A stretch of DNA of 64,000 nt from Paraspadella gotoi (GCA_051294375.1 CM119271.1:13578372-13642371), one strand, 5' to 3'; positions 14,190-29,023 are shown, numbered from the stretch's first letter. Notes: generated by a model not told the origin, from the letters alone. Numbers and translations are program-made.

Positions 14190-14867
14190 GAGAAAGAGAG
14201 ATGCAGAGGAAAGACGAGAGAGTAGATATAATTTTTTCCCCGACCAATTCTTTTAATCCAACTTATTTATCCTACGACTAAACGAGACACTATTAATGCG
14301 CGGGACTGACGTCATTCTCATTTGCACATCTAGGAGCGATGATCAAAAAAGGTTAACCGCCTTCGTCTTGTTCTGCGCTGGTCTCCTCCTCTCTATCTAA
14401 TCTCCTCTCTCTCTCCGTTTTTTTGCTTTTTAATACCTTTAATTTTCTCTTCAGCTCGCTCGCTTTTTTGAATAGTAATTCTCTCTCCTCTCTCACTCTC
14501 GCTCGATCCCTCTTCTCGGTCTCTCTCTCTTCTCTCAATCTTCTCTCTCTCTCCCTCNNNNNNNNNNNNNNNNNNNNNNNNNTCCCTTATTGAAAACACA
14601 CTCAAGCTGGCAAATGAATTTTATCACCTGATAAAAATTCATTAGTCCGTCGATCGGCCTCTTCTCGCCTCACGACGGAAGAGGGCGAAGGAAGAGTCGA
14701 GAGAAACAAAATAGCATCTCGTCTTGTTTTTTTTTTTTGTTGTTTTCTTTCACGAAACGAGACCAGTTTTCTTTTGGCATTAGAGAAACCAATCCTCTCT
14801 TTCTTTCTTTTTTCTTTTATTTTCTTAAAGGAACAAAGTTGATTTTTTTTTCTTCTAATAAAATTTA

Positions 14868-14932
<65 letters not shown>

Positions 14933-16260
14933 CTCCTAATGATGGAGCGACGGAAATTGCAACAACAACATAAACAGCTCCAACCTCGAACCTCAACGAC
15001 AAAAACTTTGGCTCTCTTTTCCTAGAGAGCCCCATTTCCGTTTCTTTATCCCAGAATTTAATTTTAACATTGGTACTTACCTTGACCAACCATAAAAGCA
15101 AAAAATATATCACATAATTGTTAAAATGTTCATTAATTCAATAAAAAATATATAGAACATGGGTAAAACATGCCCAATATTTAGTGTGCTTTCCCTCAGT
15201 ATCAACTACTGCCTGCATTATTGCTTCTTGGTTTTCCAGAGCAAGGAGTCGTTACGTCAAAACATTTTGTTTTGTTGTATTGCAGTAAGAATTTTGTAAC
15301 GATGGAAGGACTGAGTTCAAATCTATTGCTGATAAATTATTGAGTCTTTCCCTCTATTCTGAAAGCTACAATAGCACCTTTTTATCTCTCTCTCTCTCGC
15401 TCTCTCTCTCTCTTTCTCTCTCTCATGCTCTCCACAGCTTTTTATCTCTCTCACTCCTCTCTCTCTCTCTCTTTTTATTATCTCTCAGAAGGTCTCCTTC
15501 TCTCTCTCTCTCTTTTTATTCTCTCCCCGATGCTTCTGCGCATCTCAATCGCGTCTCTCTCTCTCTCTTCTCTCCTCTCATCTCTCTCTCTCTCCTATCT
15601 CTTTCACTTCAGATTGCTTTTCCCTATTCTTTTTTCTTTTCTTTAATAATCTTTATCTTTATTTGATGTTTGGTTTATTTTCTTTTTTTTTCTCCTCTCT
15701 CACTTATTTTATTTTATTTCTCTTTCCTCATCCCGGACTCTTCTTCCTCCTTCAAAAATCTTTCCTCCCTTCTCTCTCTCTCCCCTCTCCTTTCTCCCTC
15801 TCCCCCCGTCTGTCCTCCTCTTCCTCTTCCTCCCTCCCTCTCCTCCTCATTCCTCCTCTCACTATTTTTCTTTCGCATCATAACTTCCATAATCGCAAAA
15901 CGAAACCAAAGACCCTCGAACGTCACATCTTCGATTCATCTCTCTCTGTCCCTTCTCTCTCCCTACATCCTCGATATTTCCTCTCTCTCTCTTCTTCTCT
16001 CTCTCTCTCTCTCTCTCCCCTCTTCCTCTCTTCTCTTTCTCTTTCTCATCAAAAAAAAAAATTTCTTTTAACATCGGTTTCATGGGAAAAAACGCAATTT
16101 CCGGTCCTGGAGGCGCAGTTTAAACTCTGGGCGACCGAGACGCTACTTAATCCATCCGTATCAATTTGCGGATTGGGGGGGGAAGCGTGAGCTGCTCTTC
16201 CGCACCATGGTAGAGAGAGAGTAGAGAGGGCAGAGAGAAGAGAGAGAGAAGAGAAGAGAG

Positions 16261-16296
<36 letters not shown>

Positions 16297-18584
16297 AGCA
16301 GAGGAGAGAGTACAAAAAAGGGTGATAATTTTCCCAGCTTCCTCAGGCAATCTGTCCTCGTTAAGGTGCGAAAAACGCGAAAATTTATAGAGAAAAATAT
16401 TTTTTTTTATCCTGAAATTATAAATTATTTTTCACCCTAATTAATTTAACAGTAGGTTCACAAGGGTGTTTGCCTTTTGTCCAGCGGTCGCACGTTTTAT
16501 ATTGGTGCAACTCATTTTAATCTCTCCTCTCTGCTCTCTCGCTCTCCTCTCTCCCTCGTCTCTCCTCTCCCTCATCTCTCTCTCCTCTCCTCTCTCTCTC
16601 TCTCTCTCTCTCTCATCTTGCAATTACTTTTTCAGTTAGAATAATGTTCCATCCGTATCGCAAGGGCAGTTTTTCCACGATTCGCTAGACCCGTTCTCTC
16701 TCTCTCTCGCGCGCATCTCTCTCTCACCACCGTCTCTCTCTCGATCGCTCTCGCCTCTCTCTCTCTCTCTCTCTCATATCCCTCTCTCTCTCTCTCTCTC
16801 TCTCTCCCACTATCAGCTTTAACCACTGTCTGGCTTTACACAACATCAACGTGCTCATTCACGATAGATAATTTTTCCAAAATCTTCTTACGTGAGATTA
16901 TTTATTCGATAATATTTATAAATACTCTTTTAATAGTTATTTTTTATATTAGTTGCAATCCAAAAGTCTCTTAATACCCGGTCCCCCCTATCCTGATTCT
17001 TACCACCCATGCGCCTCATTTCTATCAATCATTCCTTCATCCACCATGCTCCACACTAATCCACCAACCCATTCCACCACTTGTCACCCTCTTCATATCT
17101 GTCATCATCACCATGCTTCTATTTTTCTCTCCTCCCCCTCTTCTCCTCCATAACACTCAAAAAATCTCCAACCATGCCGCAATTCTCCCACTGCTCTCCA
17201 CTAATATCCTCTCCTCTTCTTGTTTATATCGCGATGTGCGCATTGAGAAAGGTTACGCCCGTTCGACCTTGTCTGGCCTACACCGGGAAACAAAACTATT
17301 TAAGATTCGACCGGGGAAAAATGGGGCGAAAAAATTAATTTAAAAAACAAATTCCGGGCAAAGGGAATTGAGGAGCGCGAAGGTAGGGCAAAGAGCGACA
17401 GGAATGGACACCGTAGTTGATAGCCCAGGCAGAGCAGAAGCATCGAAGAGAGGAAAGAAACTCTTAAATCGCCCGACGGTTTTTAAAAATATTCAAATAT
17501 CGCGTCGAGGGAGAGAGAATCTTTATACTTTTAAAACTATGCTATGTTGATTTGTAGTTGAGAAGAGAGAGAGACAGACGATGAGAGAGAGAGAGAGAGA
17601 GAGAAGAGAAATGAGACGCAAGAGGCCCCGCACGAGACAGAGGACGCACATGAGAGAGGAGAGAGAGATTGGATGAACGAGAGGGGGGGTAAAACAGGGA
17701 GATCAACATTTTCCATGAAATCCTGCCACCAAAGAGGAGAGACGTAAAAAGGCAAGAATAGAAAAAAAAAGAGTTGCCGCCTAAAGACTAAAGTATTGGT
17801 TTTATTAGCCTTTGTTTGATAGAAGAATAAAACCTCTATTTACGGTGAAAAAGGCGTCAAGAACAAGAGAAAGAACACTCAGTTCAAGGCTCGGGGGCTA
17901 TCCAGTCGTTCTGTCTCTTCCGTCCCGTCGCTATCGTCTTCGTTTTCGTCGGGTACGCTTCTCTTGTCCTTTCCGCGTATCGAGAGAGAAAAATATACAA
18001 AAAAGGATGAGAAATTAAAAAGTTACTCTCGGTCGCTTCGGTAATTCGGGCTAAGTTTTTATAATAAAAAATATTTCTTATTCGCTTTTTTCAATATTTA
18101 ATAAATAGATTGTACAGATAAAGAAAAGCGGAGAGAGAGAGAGAACAAATGTAAGTATTTCAAATTCCACGATGAAAAACGAACGAATGTTGTGATTAGT
18201 AGATAATTACACTTATAGTTCTGCAGGATTTTGAACTTTCGAGTCGATGATTTGTCACCCTTTGGACTCCCATACCTCTCTTCCGTTCTACACTCTTCTT
18301 AAATTACCATCTTTTATGGGAAGAAAGGAAAAAAGTTGACACGGTTCCACAGATTATTTTAATGGCATGTGACATCTATTATATTTCATTTTTTAAGCGT
18401 CCATCTCCTCTTAGTTAGGTTGTGACAGTACAAAGCAGTCCTTTGTACGTGTTCCAAAAAAACAAGGAAAGAATCGTCGCGTCCATCGATAGAAATTCAA
18501 TTATAACAATCTCCTTCATGGTCTTCTTTAAACAATGACTTTAACCACAATTGATTTATAGGTTTGTTAACAACGATTTTATAA

Positions 18585-18638
18585 TGCAAGACATGTTTCG
18601 ACTCTTAAACACTTCCTTCGAGTCTTCCATCACCTTCC
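18585..18638 (-). ncRNA. Degenerate minimal type-I hammerhead ribozyme (Penelope/retrozyme type)
   Basis: The - strand reads GGAAG-GTGATGGA-A-GACTC-loop-GAGTC-GAAAC-ATGTC-TTGCA. Stem II, GAAA, palindromic ACATGT stem III and the GTC triplet are intact; the CTGATGA box and stem I are damaged. Confidence 0.45.
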
Positions 18639-20613
18639 TCGCTTTCAGAACATTTCAGTTCAACTTCTCAAACAACAAAAGAAAGGACCTTATACCATGG
18701 TAAACAATGATCACAAAAATAGACAAGAAAAGACAGAATAAACAAAGAAATAAAGAAACGACAAAAAAAACAAAGTAACAAAAAAAATAAAATATTATAC
18801 TAAAAAGAAAGGAAGAAAAAAAGAAAAGAAAGAAAGAAGAAAGAAAGAAAAGAAAGAAAGAACGAAAGAAAGAAAGAAAGAAAGAAAGAAAGAAACAAAT
18901 CAAACAAAAGATAATATTTAAAAATAGAAAGAAAGAAAAAAAAGAAAGAAAGAAAGGAAAGAAAGACGAAAGAAAGAAAGAAAGAAAACGTGGCGCTAAT
19001 TCGATCGTCACGGCGATTTCCTGTACGCTTGGTGAGCCTCACTAACGCCTGCAGGAGGGACGGAGTGTGGCGAGTGTCGGGGTGTTGATTAATGGTAACG
19101 TCGTGGTGACGAGGTTGTTGTGATTGGGGTGACTTGGGGTGATTCCGGGGAGTGATGAGCTGAGACACGTGAGGAAAAAGCGGCGAAGGGACATGGCGAA
19201 GGAGAAAAGAACGCTTTCGAAATTGGAGAATGTGTGATTCGTCCTTCTTTCTTATATTTTTTTTATAACAATTTCCTCTTCTTGGGTTCGGGGTTAAGCC
19301 CCACACCCACAAAATAATAAATGAAAAAATAAAGCACTGAAAGGGAAAGTAAATCCTAGAATTATTTCTTTGTTTTAATAGTTTTTCTGGCGTGGGTTTC
19401 AATTAGTAACATTGATATATGATTCTTGGGTTAATTGTTTCGTTTCTTATGTTGATTTTTTGGGTGTGAGGGTGAGAAGGTAGTTGAAGCGAAAGTGGGT
19501 GGCGAGAAATTCTTCTGATGAGAATATTTTTTTTGGAGGGCAGCCGTTTAAGGCAACCCTCTGAGAGGGGGTAATAATTTCTTATCCTCCATAGAATCGA
19601 AGGGGACTCAGAAAAGAAAAATAGTGGGGAAAGGTAAATGGATATTGGATCGCTTTTTCCCCACTAGTGATTTTTTGTTTTTTGTGTGGTTTTTTTTTTT
19701 TGATTTTGATTGCTCTCGGGAGGGGGTGTCGATAGTTAAGGGCAATTGATTTGATGAAGACTATAGATCTGGAGGTATGTCCTTTGGCGATATCAGTATA
19801 GTCGTTTCTGTCTTATTGAGTTTCTTTCTTTCTTTAGGTCAGCTTAGGTCATGTTAAGAGAGAGTCTTTCTTGGTGTCTTTCTTTTTTCTTTGTTATTAA
19901 AATCTTTTTCTGGAGGGTCTTAATGTGTTACGTATATGTTAGCGTCTCTAAGATTCACTTCTTTAACCTTTCTGCTTAGGTGTCAATTTTCTCTTTCTGT
20001 TTCTTGTGTTTCTTCTTGTCTTTGTTTTTTTGTTCTTTTTTCGGTGTTTCCCTTCCAGAAGTGCATTTCCTTTTCTTTTTGTTTTCTTTTTATGTTATAT
20101 TCACTGTTCTTTATATACCTTGATATTTTTATTATTTAAAGTTATTAATTTATTATTGTCCTTTATTTATTTATTTATTTCAAGAACCCTAATGTTTCCT
20201 CTTTCAACTTTTTAATTTTCTTTCTCTCTTTCTCTTCTCATTTTTAACTTTTTCATTGCGGTTCCTTTCTTATTTTTTGCATGTCTCTAACCGCTTTAAA
20301 TTAATTTTTTTCATTATTCCTTTCTTATATCGTTCTCATCCATCGCTGCGGGTCCCGCATCGGAAATCAGAAAACCAAGCCTTCCAGACTTTAACAGTAC
20401 AGGCACTAATACAAGACAAAAACGAGAGGGCTAATCAGTCCCGCCAAAAAAAACCGACATGCAAGAATTTGTTTCGCGCGGTCGTCCGACCCGGGCACCA
20501 GGAAGATGAACATGTTTGTTCTTCTTCGCGTTTTTTTAAAGAAGCAGAGAAAGGATTAAATTCAGTTTCGGCCATATCACCTGATTCGCTATCATATTAA
20601 TGTCATATTGACA

Positions 20614-21080
20614 GAATGTAGAGACACAAGCCGGTGCCTCTCAGTCCAGCCAAGTCGGGGCCGACCGACGCCTCGGCGGCCGCGTCTTTCCGAGAGATCT
20701 CCGAAGATCTCCGAAGCGACTCGAACGCAGGAGGGGGAAGAAATTCTTTTCGAACATCGGAGACGCCTTAATGGGCAGTCAAAAGGATACGGGGTCCGCA
20801 ATTTGGAGGTCAATTCGAGGTCGTACGCATATGGTGGACCAAAGGGGGGGGGGGTGGGGGGAGGGACTAGATGAAGGGGGGGATACGATGCAGCACTCAT
20901 CTGGTGGGGCCCGGTATTAAGGAGTTGAGCTGAGGCGAGGGTAGAATATCGCGGAGGCGGCGCCGATGAGAAGAGTGGAAGATAAGTGAAGATGTGAAGG
21001 GCGATTATAAAATGAAGAGGTTTAGAACGATGGCGCGGAAGGTTGTCGAGCAAAACCCAGATTCTCTCGATGGAAGCTAA
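20614..21080 (+). other. Possible error-laden terminal coding exon of an unidentified gene
   Basis: GC-rich island after TTGACAG. Coding-like frames (...KKFFSNIGDALMGSQK...; ...DYKMKRFRTMARKVVEQNPDSLDGS*) are broken at G homopolymers. No domain recognised. Confidence 0.25.
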
Positions 21081-23084
21081 GAAAATTTATTGATTTCGGT
21101 TAAGAAATAGAAAAATTTGTAAAAGGCTCACGTAAAAATATTTTACTAAAAGAAGAAAAAGATAGAAGAGAGCAAAGAAAGAAGAAAGTTTTCATTGATC
21201 GAACGTTTGTTGTTGTTGTTATTGCTACTAACGAAGTGTTTTTGTCCGTTTGTCTTGTTTTCCTTCTACCTTATTGCCATTTTGGTTGGTCGTTGGTTTG
21301 TTTGGTAGTCGTGAAATGTCCTGGTCTTTCCTCCCCGACGTCGGTGCAGCCTTTTTTGTCTCCTCTCTCGTTCTCAGAATGGAGTAAGCTTCCTTCGTGT
21401 TTCGCCTTTTGGTCTTTCAGCGTAACGTCACAGTTTTCACAGGCCTTGTTTCATTCTTTGGTTCTATTAACGGTCACAGTTGTGATCCAGTTCGTTTGGA
21501 ATCGGTATAAAACACACAGAACTGCACAAAACACTTACATAAAATTCATAGTATGTACTTTCTCTTTTTTAAAACTACTTCTTTTTTTTCCTTTTCCTTC
21601 TTTACTCCTTTCTCTTCTCTAATACATCACTCAAATCTCTTCCTCATCCCTTCCAAACAGAGATGATTACGAAAATTTCTGTCTCTCTCTTGCGTGTTTT
21701 TTTAAAGGGTCGGGAGGATAAATATCATTCCGGCTATCACTATTCGCATCATATCATTGAACCGGATTTGGGTTAGAAATAATTATAAGATGGGACGCGA
21801 CAGAAAGGTTTTTTGGATATATATTGTAATTAAAATGTTTGAGGAGAGGAGGGAGGGGAGGAGAAGGGAGGAGAGGAGAAAGAGAGAGGAGGAGAGATGA
21901 GAGAGAGGAGAGGAATGAAGAATGCAAAATAAATGGAAGATAAAGTGGGAAGTGTTTTTGAAACCAAAAAAAACATGAGGAGGAAAGTCTTAGGTTATTT
22001 GAAAATGAACTTGGTTGTGAGTCATTCATCAATTTAAGACCAGAGGGAGAGTGAAAGGGGAGAGGAGAGAGAGAGAGGGAGAGAGGGAAAGGCGGTGATA
22101 AGAGGGGAAGAGGGAAAGCAGAGGAAAAGTCAAGAGAAACTTTTTTCTCAGATTAACTCGGAAAAAAAAAGGGGTGTTTGCCCGCCCTTCACGATTGCGA
22201 TTTAACTATTCGTGTATTAATTTTGATTTAATTTTTTAAAATTTATTAATATTTATAATAATTTATAAATATACTAAAATATATCATAAATATATTATAT
22301 TTTATTAAGTTTAATTTTTTCTTAATGTATTTTTTTTAATTTTTAATTTTTAATGGATATTATTATATGTTAGATTTTTAAATTAATTAAATTTATATGT
22401 TAATATAATTTTAAAATTGTTGTGTGATGATAGATAATTATCGATAAAAGTTTTTTAATTTATTTTAAAAATTTGAATAAAATATATTTAATAAAATAAG
22501 TTTATAAATAAAACATTACTCTCTTAAAAACCAGGCAGCACTGGCAGAACTACGCAACGAAGAGACTCGTTCTTCGTTGTTCCCCCTTCCAATTTCCGCT
22601 CGCTCTTTACAACCACACCTTACTTCTCTCTTCTCCCTTTTCGCTCGCGCTTTCCTCCTCCTCCTCTCTCTCTCTCTCTCACGCTCTTCCTTCTTTATAT
22701 TCCTTCTTCTTTTCCAATACGAGTAACATAAAATTGGGGAATGTCGAGAATATCCTGACGGGTAAAATGATAAAAATAATCGTCCCAAATTTAAATTCTG
22801 TTTTATTTTTACTTCTTTCTTCTCTAAACAATGGATTTTCAGGTAAGTTTTTAAATTTATTATAATGTCAAATTAATTTTGGGAAAAATATTTAAGAACA
22901 TTAAAGGACGGGTTTTCATGCATTGGTTAAAGATTTTTACATCTTCTTTAATGTTTAGCATATTACCGCGTGAGAAGACCGAAATGAAGGATAGAGCCGA
23001 AACACATGTCGATACAATAAAAAAAAATCGTGACGAAAACATTTCCAAACTTTGTTAAANNNNNNNNNNNNNNNNNNNNNNNNN

Positions 23085-23117
<33 letters not shown>

Positions 23118-24311
23118 AAAAAAAAGGGTTGAAATAATATTTCCCAGCTTCCTCGCATCTGTCCTTCGTTAAGTGCGAAACGCGAAAATTTATAGAGAAA
23201 AATATTTTTTTTTATCCTGAAATTATAAATTATTTTCACCCTATTATTTAAAGTAGTGTCAACAAAGGGTGTTTGCCCTTTTGTCCAAGCGTCGCACGTT
23301 TTATATTGGTGCAACTCTTTTAATCTCTCTCTCGCTCCCTCGCTCTCTCTCTCGNNNNNNNNNNNNNNNNNNNNNNNNNNNNNNNNNNNNNNNNNNNNNN
23401 NNNNNNNNNNNNNNNNNNNNNNNNNNNNNNNNNNNNNNNNNNNNNNNNNNNNNNNNNNNNNNNNNNNNNNNNNNNNNNNNNNNNNNNNNNNNNNNNNNNN
23501 NNNNNNNNNNNNNNNNNNNNNNNNNNNNNNNNNNNNNNNNNNNNNNNNNNNNNNNNNNNNNNNNNNNNNNNNNNNNNNNNNNNNNNNNNNNNNNNNNNNN
23601 NNNNCCACTATCAGCTTTTAACCAGCTGTCCTTGGGTTAAAACATCACGTGCTCATTCAACGATAATAATTTTTCAACCATCTCTTACGAGATATTTATT
23701 CGATAATTTATAATACTTTAATAGTTTTTATTAGTGCAAAAGTTCTGTACCGCCCTCTGATCTTACCATGCCCATCTTTCTATCAATTCCTTCATCAAAC
23801 CATGCTCCACTAATCCAACCATGCCACTTGTCTCCCTCCTTATATGTCAACCATGCTTATTCCCCCGCTCCACTAATCCAACCATGCCNNNNNNNNNNNN
23901 NNNNNNNNNNNNNNNNNNNNNNNNNNNNNNNNNNNNNNNNNNNNNNNNNNNNNNNNNNNNNNNNNNNNNNNNNNNNNNNNNNNNNNNNNNNNNNNNNNNN
24001 NNNNNNNNNNNNNNNNNNNNNNNNNNNNNNNNNNNNNNNNNNNNNNNNNNNNNNNNNNNNNNNNNNNTTCCCCTGCTCCACTAATCCAACCATGCCACTT
24101 TGTCTCCCTCCATCCATGCCAACCATGCCGCTGTTTCAAACTCTTACGTCGGCAACATCAAAGGGCGACGTTTCCCGATTTTCCCGCCAAAAAAATCGAA
24201 TTTGCGAGAAAAAAAAATCTTTTTTTTTGTTGAAGAAAAAATTGAGGACAAAATTCGCAAAATGAGACTTTTTTGGGTTTTTCTCTATGAGAGAAAAGTG
24301 AAGCAGATAAG

Positions 24312-24350
<39 letters not shown>

Positions 24351-24883
24351 TCCCTCTCATTATCCCCTCCTCTTTATATCGCCGGTTCTCCCAGTGGCAT
24401 CCGCCATCCTTGTCGTTAAAAAAATTNNNNNNNNNNNNNNNNNNNNNNNNNNNNNNNNNNNNNNNNNNNNNNNNNNNNNNNNNNNNNNNNNNNNNNNNNN
24501 NNNNNNNNNNNNNNNNNNNNNNNNNNNNNNNNNNNNNNNNNNNNNNNNNNNNNNNNNNNNNNNNNNNNNNNNNNNNNNNNNNNNNNNNNNNNNNNNNNNN
24601 NNNNNNNNNNNNNNNNNNNNNNNNNNNNNNNNNNNNNNNNNNNNNNNNNNNNNNNNNNNNNNNNNNNNNNNNNNNNNNNNNNNNNNNNNNNNNNNNNNNN
24701 NNNNNNNNNNNNNNNNNNNNNNNNNNNNNNNNNNNNNNNNNNNNNNNNNNNNNNNNNNNNNNNNNNNNNNNNNNNNNNNNNNNNNNNNNNNNNNNNNNNN
24801 NNNNNNNNNNNNNNNNNNNNNNNNNNNNNNNNNNNNNNNNNNNNNNNNNNNNNNNNNNNNNNNNNNNNNNNNNNNNNNNNNNN

Positions 24884-24917
<34 letters not shown>

Positions 24918-25156
24918 TGGGAGGAAAATAGTTCGGCGTCTCAGAGTCATTTGTCGTAAAAAGGTTTTTACGCTCAACGTAAAAAAAAAAAATTCAAAAA
25001 ATCGCCAGAGATGGAAAATTGGTTCTGCGTTGGTTTTTTAAGGAGAGCAGAGGATAAATATCATTCGCTATCACTATTCGCTATCATATGTCATTGACAG
25101 ATTGGTAGAAGTAAGGACTGACGCGACAAAGGTTTAGATATAGATTGTATTAGATG

Positions 25157-25240
<84 letters not shown>

Positions 25241-25910
25241 TGAATGCCAAATGAATTGGAAATTAAAAGTGGGAGTGTTTTGACAAAAACCTATGAGGAG
25301 AGAAAAGTCTTAGGGTATTTGAAAATGAAACTTGGTTGTTGAGTCATTCATCAATTGAAGACAGAGGGAGAGTGAGAGGGAGAGGGAGAGGGAGAGAGGG
25401 AGAGAGGGAGAAGCAGAGGAAAAGTCAGGAGAAACTTTTTTCTCAGATAAACTGGAAAAAAAAAGGTTTTGTTTGCCGCCTTCACGATTTGCGATTTACT
25501 ATTCGTATTAATTTTGATTGATTTAAAATAATTTTATAATATTTATAAATTTATAATACTAATAAATATTATCAATAATAAATAATTATATTTATATAAG
25601 TTTAATTTTTTATTAATTTATTTTTTTAATTTTTAATTTTTAATGATATTATTATATTTATATTATTTTTTTAATATTAATTAAAAATATTAATATTTAA
25701 ATATTTAATAATTGTTGTTGATGATAAAATATCATTGATAAATTTTTAACTTTTATTATAAAAATATGATAAAAATATATTAATAAAATAAGTTTTAAAA
25801 AACGATTCTCTTTAAACGCCGCAGCCACTGGCAGACTTCACCGCCAACGAGAGACTTCGTCTTCGTTTGTTTTCCTTCCATTTCCCTCTTCGCTCTTTAC
25901 ACCCACCTTA

Positions 25911-25971
<61 letters not shown>

Positions 25972-27480
25972 TTCCTTTATATTCTTCTCTTTCCAACTTA
26001 CGAGTAACATTAAAACCTTGAATGTCGAGAATATCCTTGACGGGTTAGAAATGATTTAAAATAATCGTCCCACAATTTAATAATTTTCTGTTTCTATTTT
26101 TACTCTTTTCTTTCTCTAACAATGGATTTTCAGGTAAGTTTTTAGATTATTTTAAATGTAAATATTTTTGGGAAAATATTTAGAACCATTAAAGACGTTT
26201 TCATGCATTGTTAAAGATTTTTACATCTTCTTTAATGTTTAGCATATTACCGCGTGAGAAGACCGAAATGAAGGATAGAGCCGAAACACATGTCGATACA
26301 ATAAAAAAAAATCGTGACGAAAACATTTCCAAACTTTGTTAAANNNNNNNNNNNNNNNNNNNNNNNNNNNNNNNNNNNNNNNNNNNNNNNNNNNNNNNNN
26401 NNNNNNNNNNNNNNNNNNNNNNNNNNNNNNNNNNNNNNNNNNNNNNNNNNNNNNNNNNNNNNNNNNNNNNNNNNNNNNNNNNNNNNNNNNNNNNNNNNNN
26501 NNNNNNNNNNNNNNNNNNNNNNNNNNNNNNNNNNNNNNNNNNNNNNNNNNNNNNNNNNNNNNNNNNNNNNNNNNNNNNNNNNNNNNNNNNNNNNNNNNNN
26601 NNNNNNNNNNNNNNNNNNNNNNNNNNNNNNNNNNNNNNNNNNNNNNNNNNNNNNNNNNNNNNNNNNNNNNNNNNNNNNNNNNNNNNNNNNNNNNNNNNNN
26701 NNNNNNNNNNNNNNNNNNNNNNNNNNNNNNNNNNNNNNNNNNNNNNNNNNNNNNNNNNNNNNNNNNNNNATTTATTTCTTCTTTTCTTTCGTTCTTTTCT
26801 TCCTGTTTATATTCGGTCTTATCTTTTTATCTCTTTTCTTTTCTTCTCTTTTCTTCTCTTTTTTTCTCTTCTCTTCTCTTTTCTTCTCTTCTCCCTTCTT
26901 TCTTTTTGTCTTTAAAGTTTCCGCTTTCTTCTCTCTTTATATTTCCTCTTTACACTTTCCGTTTTTACCACTTTCCTTTTTTCCGCTTTTCCGCTTTCTT
27001 TCATTTCTCTTTCCACTTTCCCCATTNNNNNNNNNNNNNNNNNNNNNNNNNNNNNNNNNNNNNNNNNNNNNNNNNNNNNNNNNNNNNNNNNNNNNNNNNN
27101 NNNNNNNNNNNNNNNNNNNNNNNNNNNNNNNNNNNNNNNNNNNNNNNNNNNNNNNNNNNNNNNNNNNNNNNNNNNNTTTTCCGCTTTTCCGCTTTCTCAC
27201 AGTTCGGCGCTCCGCTCTCCCCATCCGTCCGACGGTGATCGACCCTTTAAAGCATCGGAAGCCAACGACCGNNNNNNNNNNNNNNNNNNNNNNNNNNNNN
27301 NNNNNNNNNNNNNNNNNNNNNNNNNNNNNNNNNNNNNNNNNNNNNNNNNNNNNNNNNNNNNNNNNNNNNNNNNNNNNNNNNNNNNNNNNNNNNNNNNNNN
27401 NNNNNNNNNNNNNNNNNNNNNNNNNNNNNNNNNNNNNNNNNNNNNNNNNNNNNNNNNNNNNNNNNNNNNNNNNNNNNNNN

Positions 27481-27517
<37 letters not shown>

Positions 27518-27596
27518 TAGTCAAAAACATAGGCAAATCTACTAACGGACAGACAAAAAATGACAAACGGACAAAGTGAAACAGAATGTCACACTG

Positions 27597-27767
27597 TACA
27601 GAACTTTGAATTTACGGACATTGAGCGTACAGAACAAAAGCGTACAGAACTTTGAATTTACAGACATTAAGCATACAGAACAAAAGCGTACAGAACTTTG
27701 AATTTACAGACATTGAGCGTACAGAATAACTGCGTACAGAAATTTGAATTTACAGACATTGAGCGTG
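27597..27767. repeat. ~46-bp tandem repeat x~3.7
   Basis: TACAGAACTTTGAATTTACAGACATTGAGCGTACAGAACAAAAGCG units. Confidence 0.88.
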
Positions 27768-27939
27768 GAGAAAAAAAGACAGACAGACAATGTACAGACA
27801 AGAAGCTGGAGACGGACATAATCTGTGAAACCATTGAGGAGCAGAAATGAAGTACTGGAAAGACAGAGAGAAAAAGAGACAACAGACAGGAAGGAGAAGG
27901 AGAGAGAGAGAAGCGAGAGAGAGAGAGAGACAGAGAAAG

Positions 27940-27970
<31 letters not shown>

Positions 27971-28114
27971 GGAGGAGAGAAGAGAAGAAGGAGAAGAGGA
28001 GAAAAAGAGATAAAGAGAACAGAAGACAGAGCGACAAAAGGGAATGAATAGAGAGAAAAGAGGCGAAACCGAGAGAATGAGTCAAATGCAAAAGAGAAGC
28101 ATCGGAAATTTTTA

Positions 28115-28154
<40 letters not shown>

Positions 28155-28389
28155 GCTTCGCACAAAGAACAAGATTTGAAGAATAATGAAAGGCGTGACG
28201 GTTCTTCTGGGCGTCGTCGTCGTTGTCGTCGTCTTTGTTGTCGTCGTTGTCGTCGACGTCGTTCGTCGTCGTCGTCTAAGTGGGCAGCGTTGGTAGCGCA
28301 ATTAGTGGCAGCTGTGGTGACAATCGTCGTTGTTGTTGTCGCATTCGTGGTCATTTTGGATGAAGCTGACCGCAATTTAAACAATCCAC

Positions 28390-28495
<106 letters not shown>

Positions 28496-28659
28496 ATTAA
28501 TTAATTAATCAGAAAATCAGAAAATATTTTTCCTCAAAAAAATGAAGACATCGATATTTGAAAACGTTGGCCCTTGTTCAAAATATCGACGACGACGACT
28601 ACGACGACGACGACGACGATGATAAGAACGATAACCTCGAGGACGACGATTACATAATA

Positions 28660-28860
28660 TCACTTCATTGACAGGGAAGTCAGGTGCTCTGGGAGTGAAT
28701 AAACGAGACTGTGAGAGAGTCTTGATTGAAAGCTTCCAGGGACCCGCTATGTCATTATCATTATAAGAGTGATGGAGGCCTTAAACCACCAAAGCCTGAC
28801 CAAAGTCAGGGGCAAGATAGCTTATTTATTAAATGAACGGATAATTTTTCTATCGGTGTG
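28660..28860 (+). mobile_element. Dispersed ~200-bp repeat (SINE-like family B)
   Basis: GGAGTGAATAAAC...AAACCACCAAAGCCTG...AAAGTCAGGGGCAAGATAGCTTATTTATTAAATGAA recurs at 45660-45880 (-) and 46215-46397 (+), and partly at 4825-4895, 6738-6800 and 52980-53100. Confidence 0.6.
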
Positions 28861-28987
28861 ATATTTTGAAAATGATATCACGGTGATAAACTTGTGGGGA
28901 AAATGATCACAATGACGACGACGACGACGAAGAAGAAGAAGAAGAAAAGCGAAGTTGACAGCGATAAAATCATCATTGAGAACGATG

Positions 28988-29023
<36 letters not shown>

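Larger units (their letters stand above)
16310..26343. repeat. Large gapped tandem duplication (16310-17200 ~ 23120-24130; 21700-23059 ~ 25040-26343)
   Basis: Colinear matches. Both B copies end at the same sequence, ...CCAAACTTTGTTAAA, directly before a gap. Confidence 0.8.

Noticed and set aside
13260-14780. ~1.5-kb palindrome (13260-13870 vs 14190-14780)
   Set aside because: The arms differ by dense 1-bp indels and span a small gap, typical of a long-read fold-back or gap-fill artefact rather than a biological inverted repeat.
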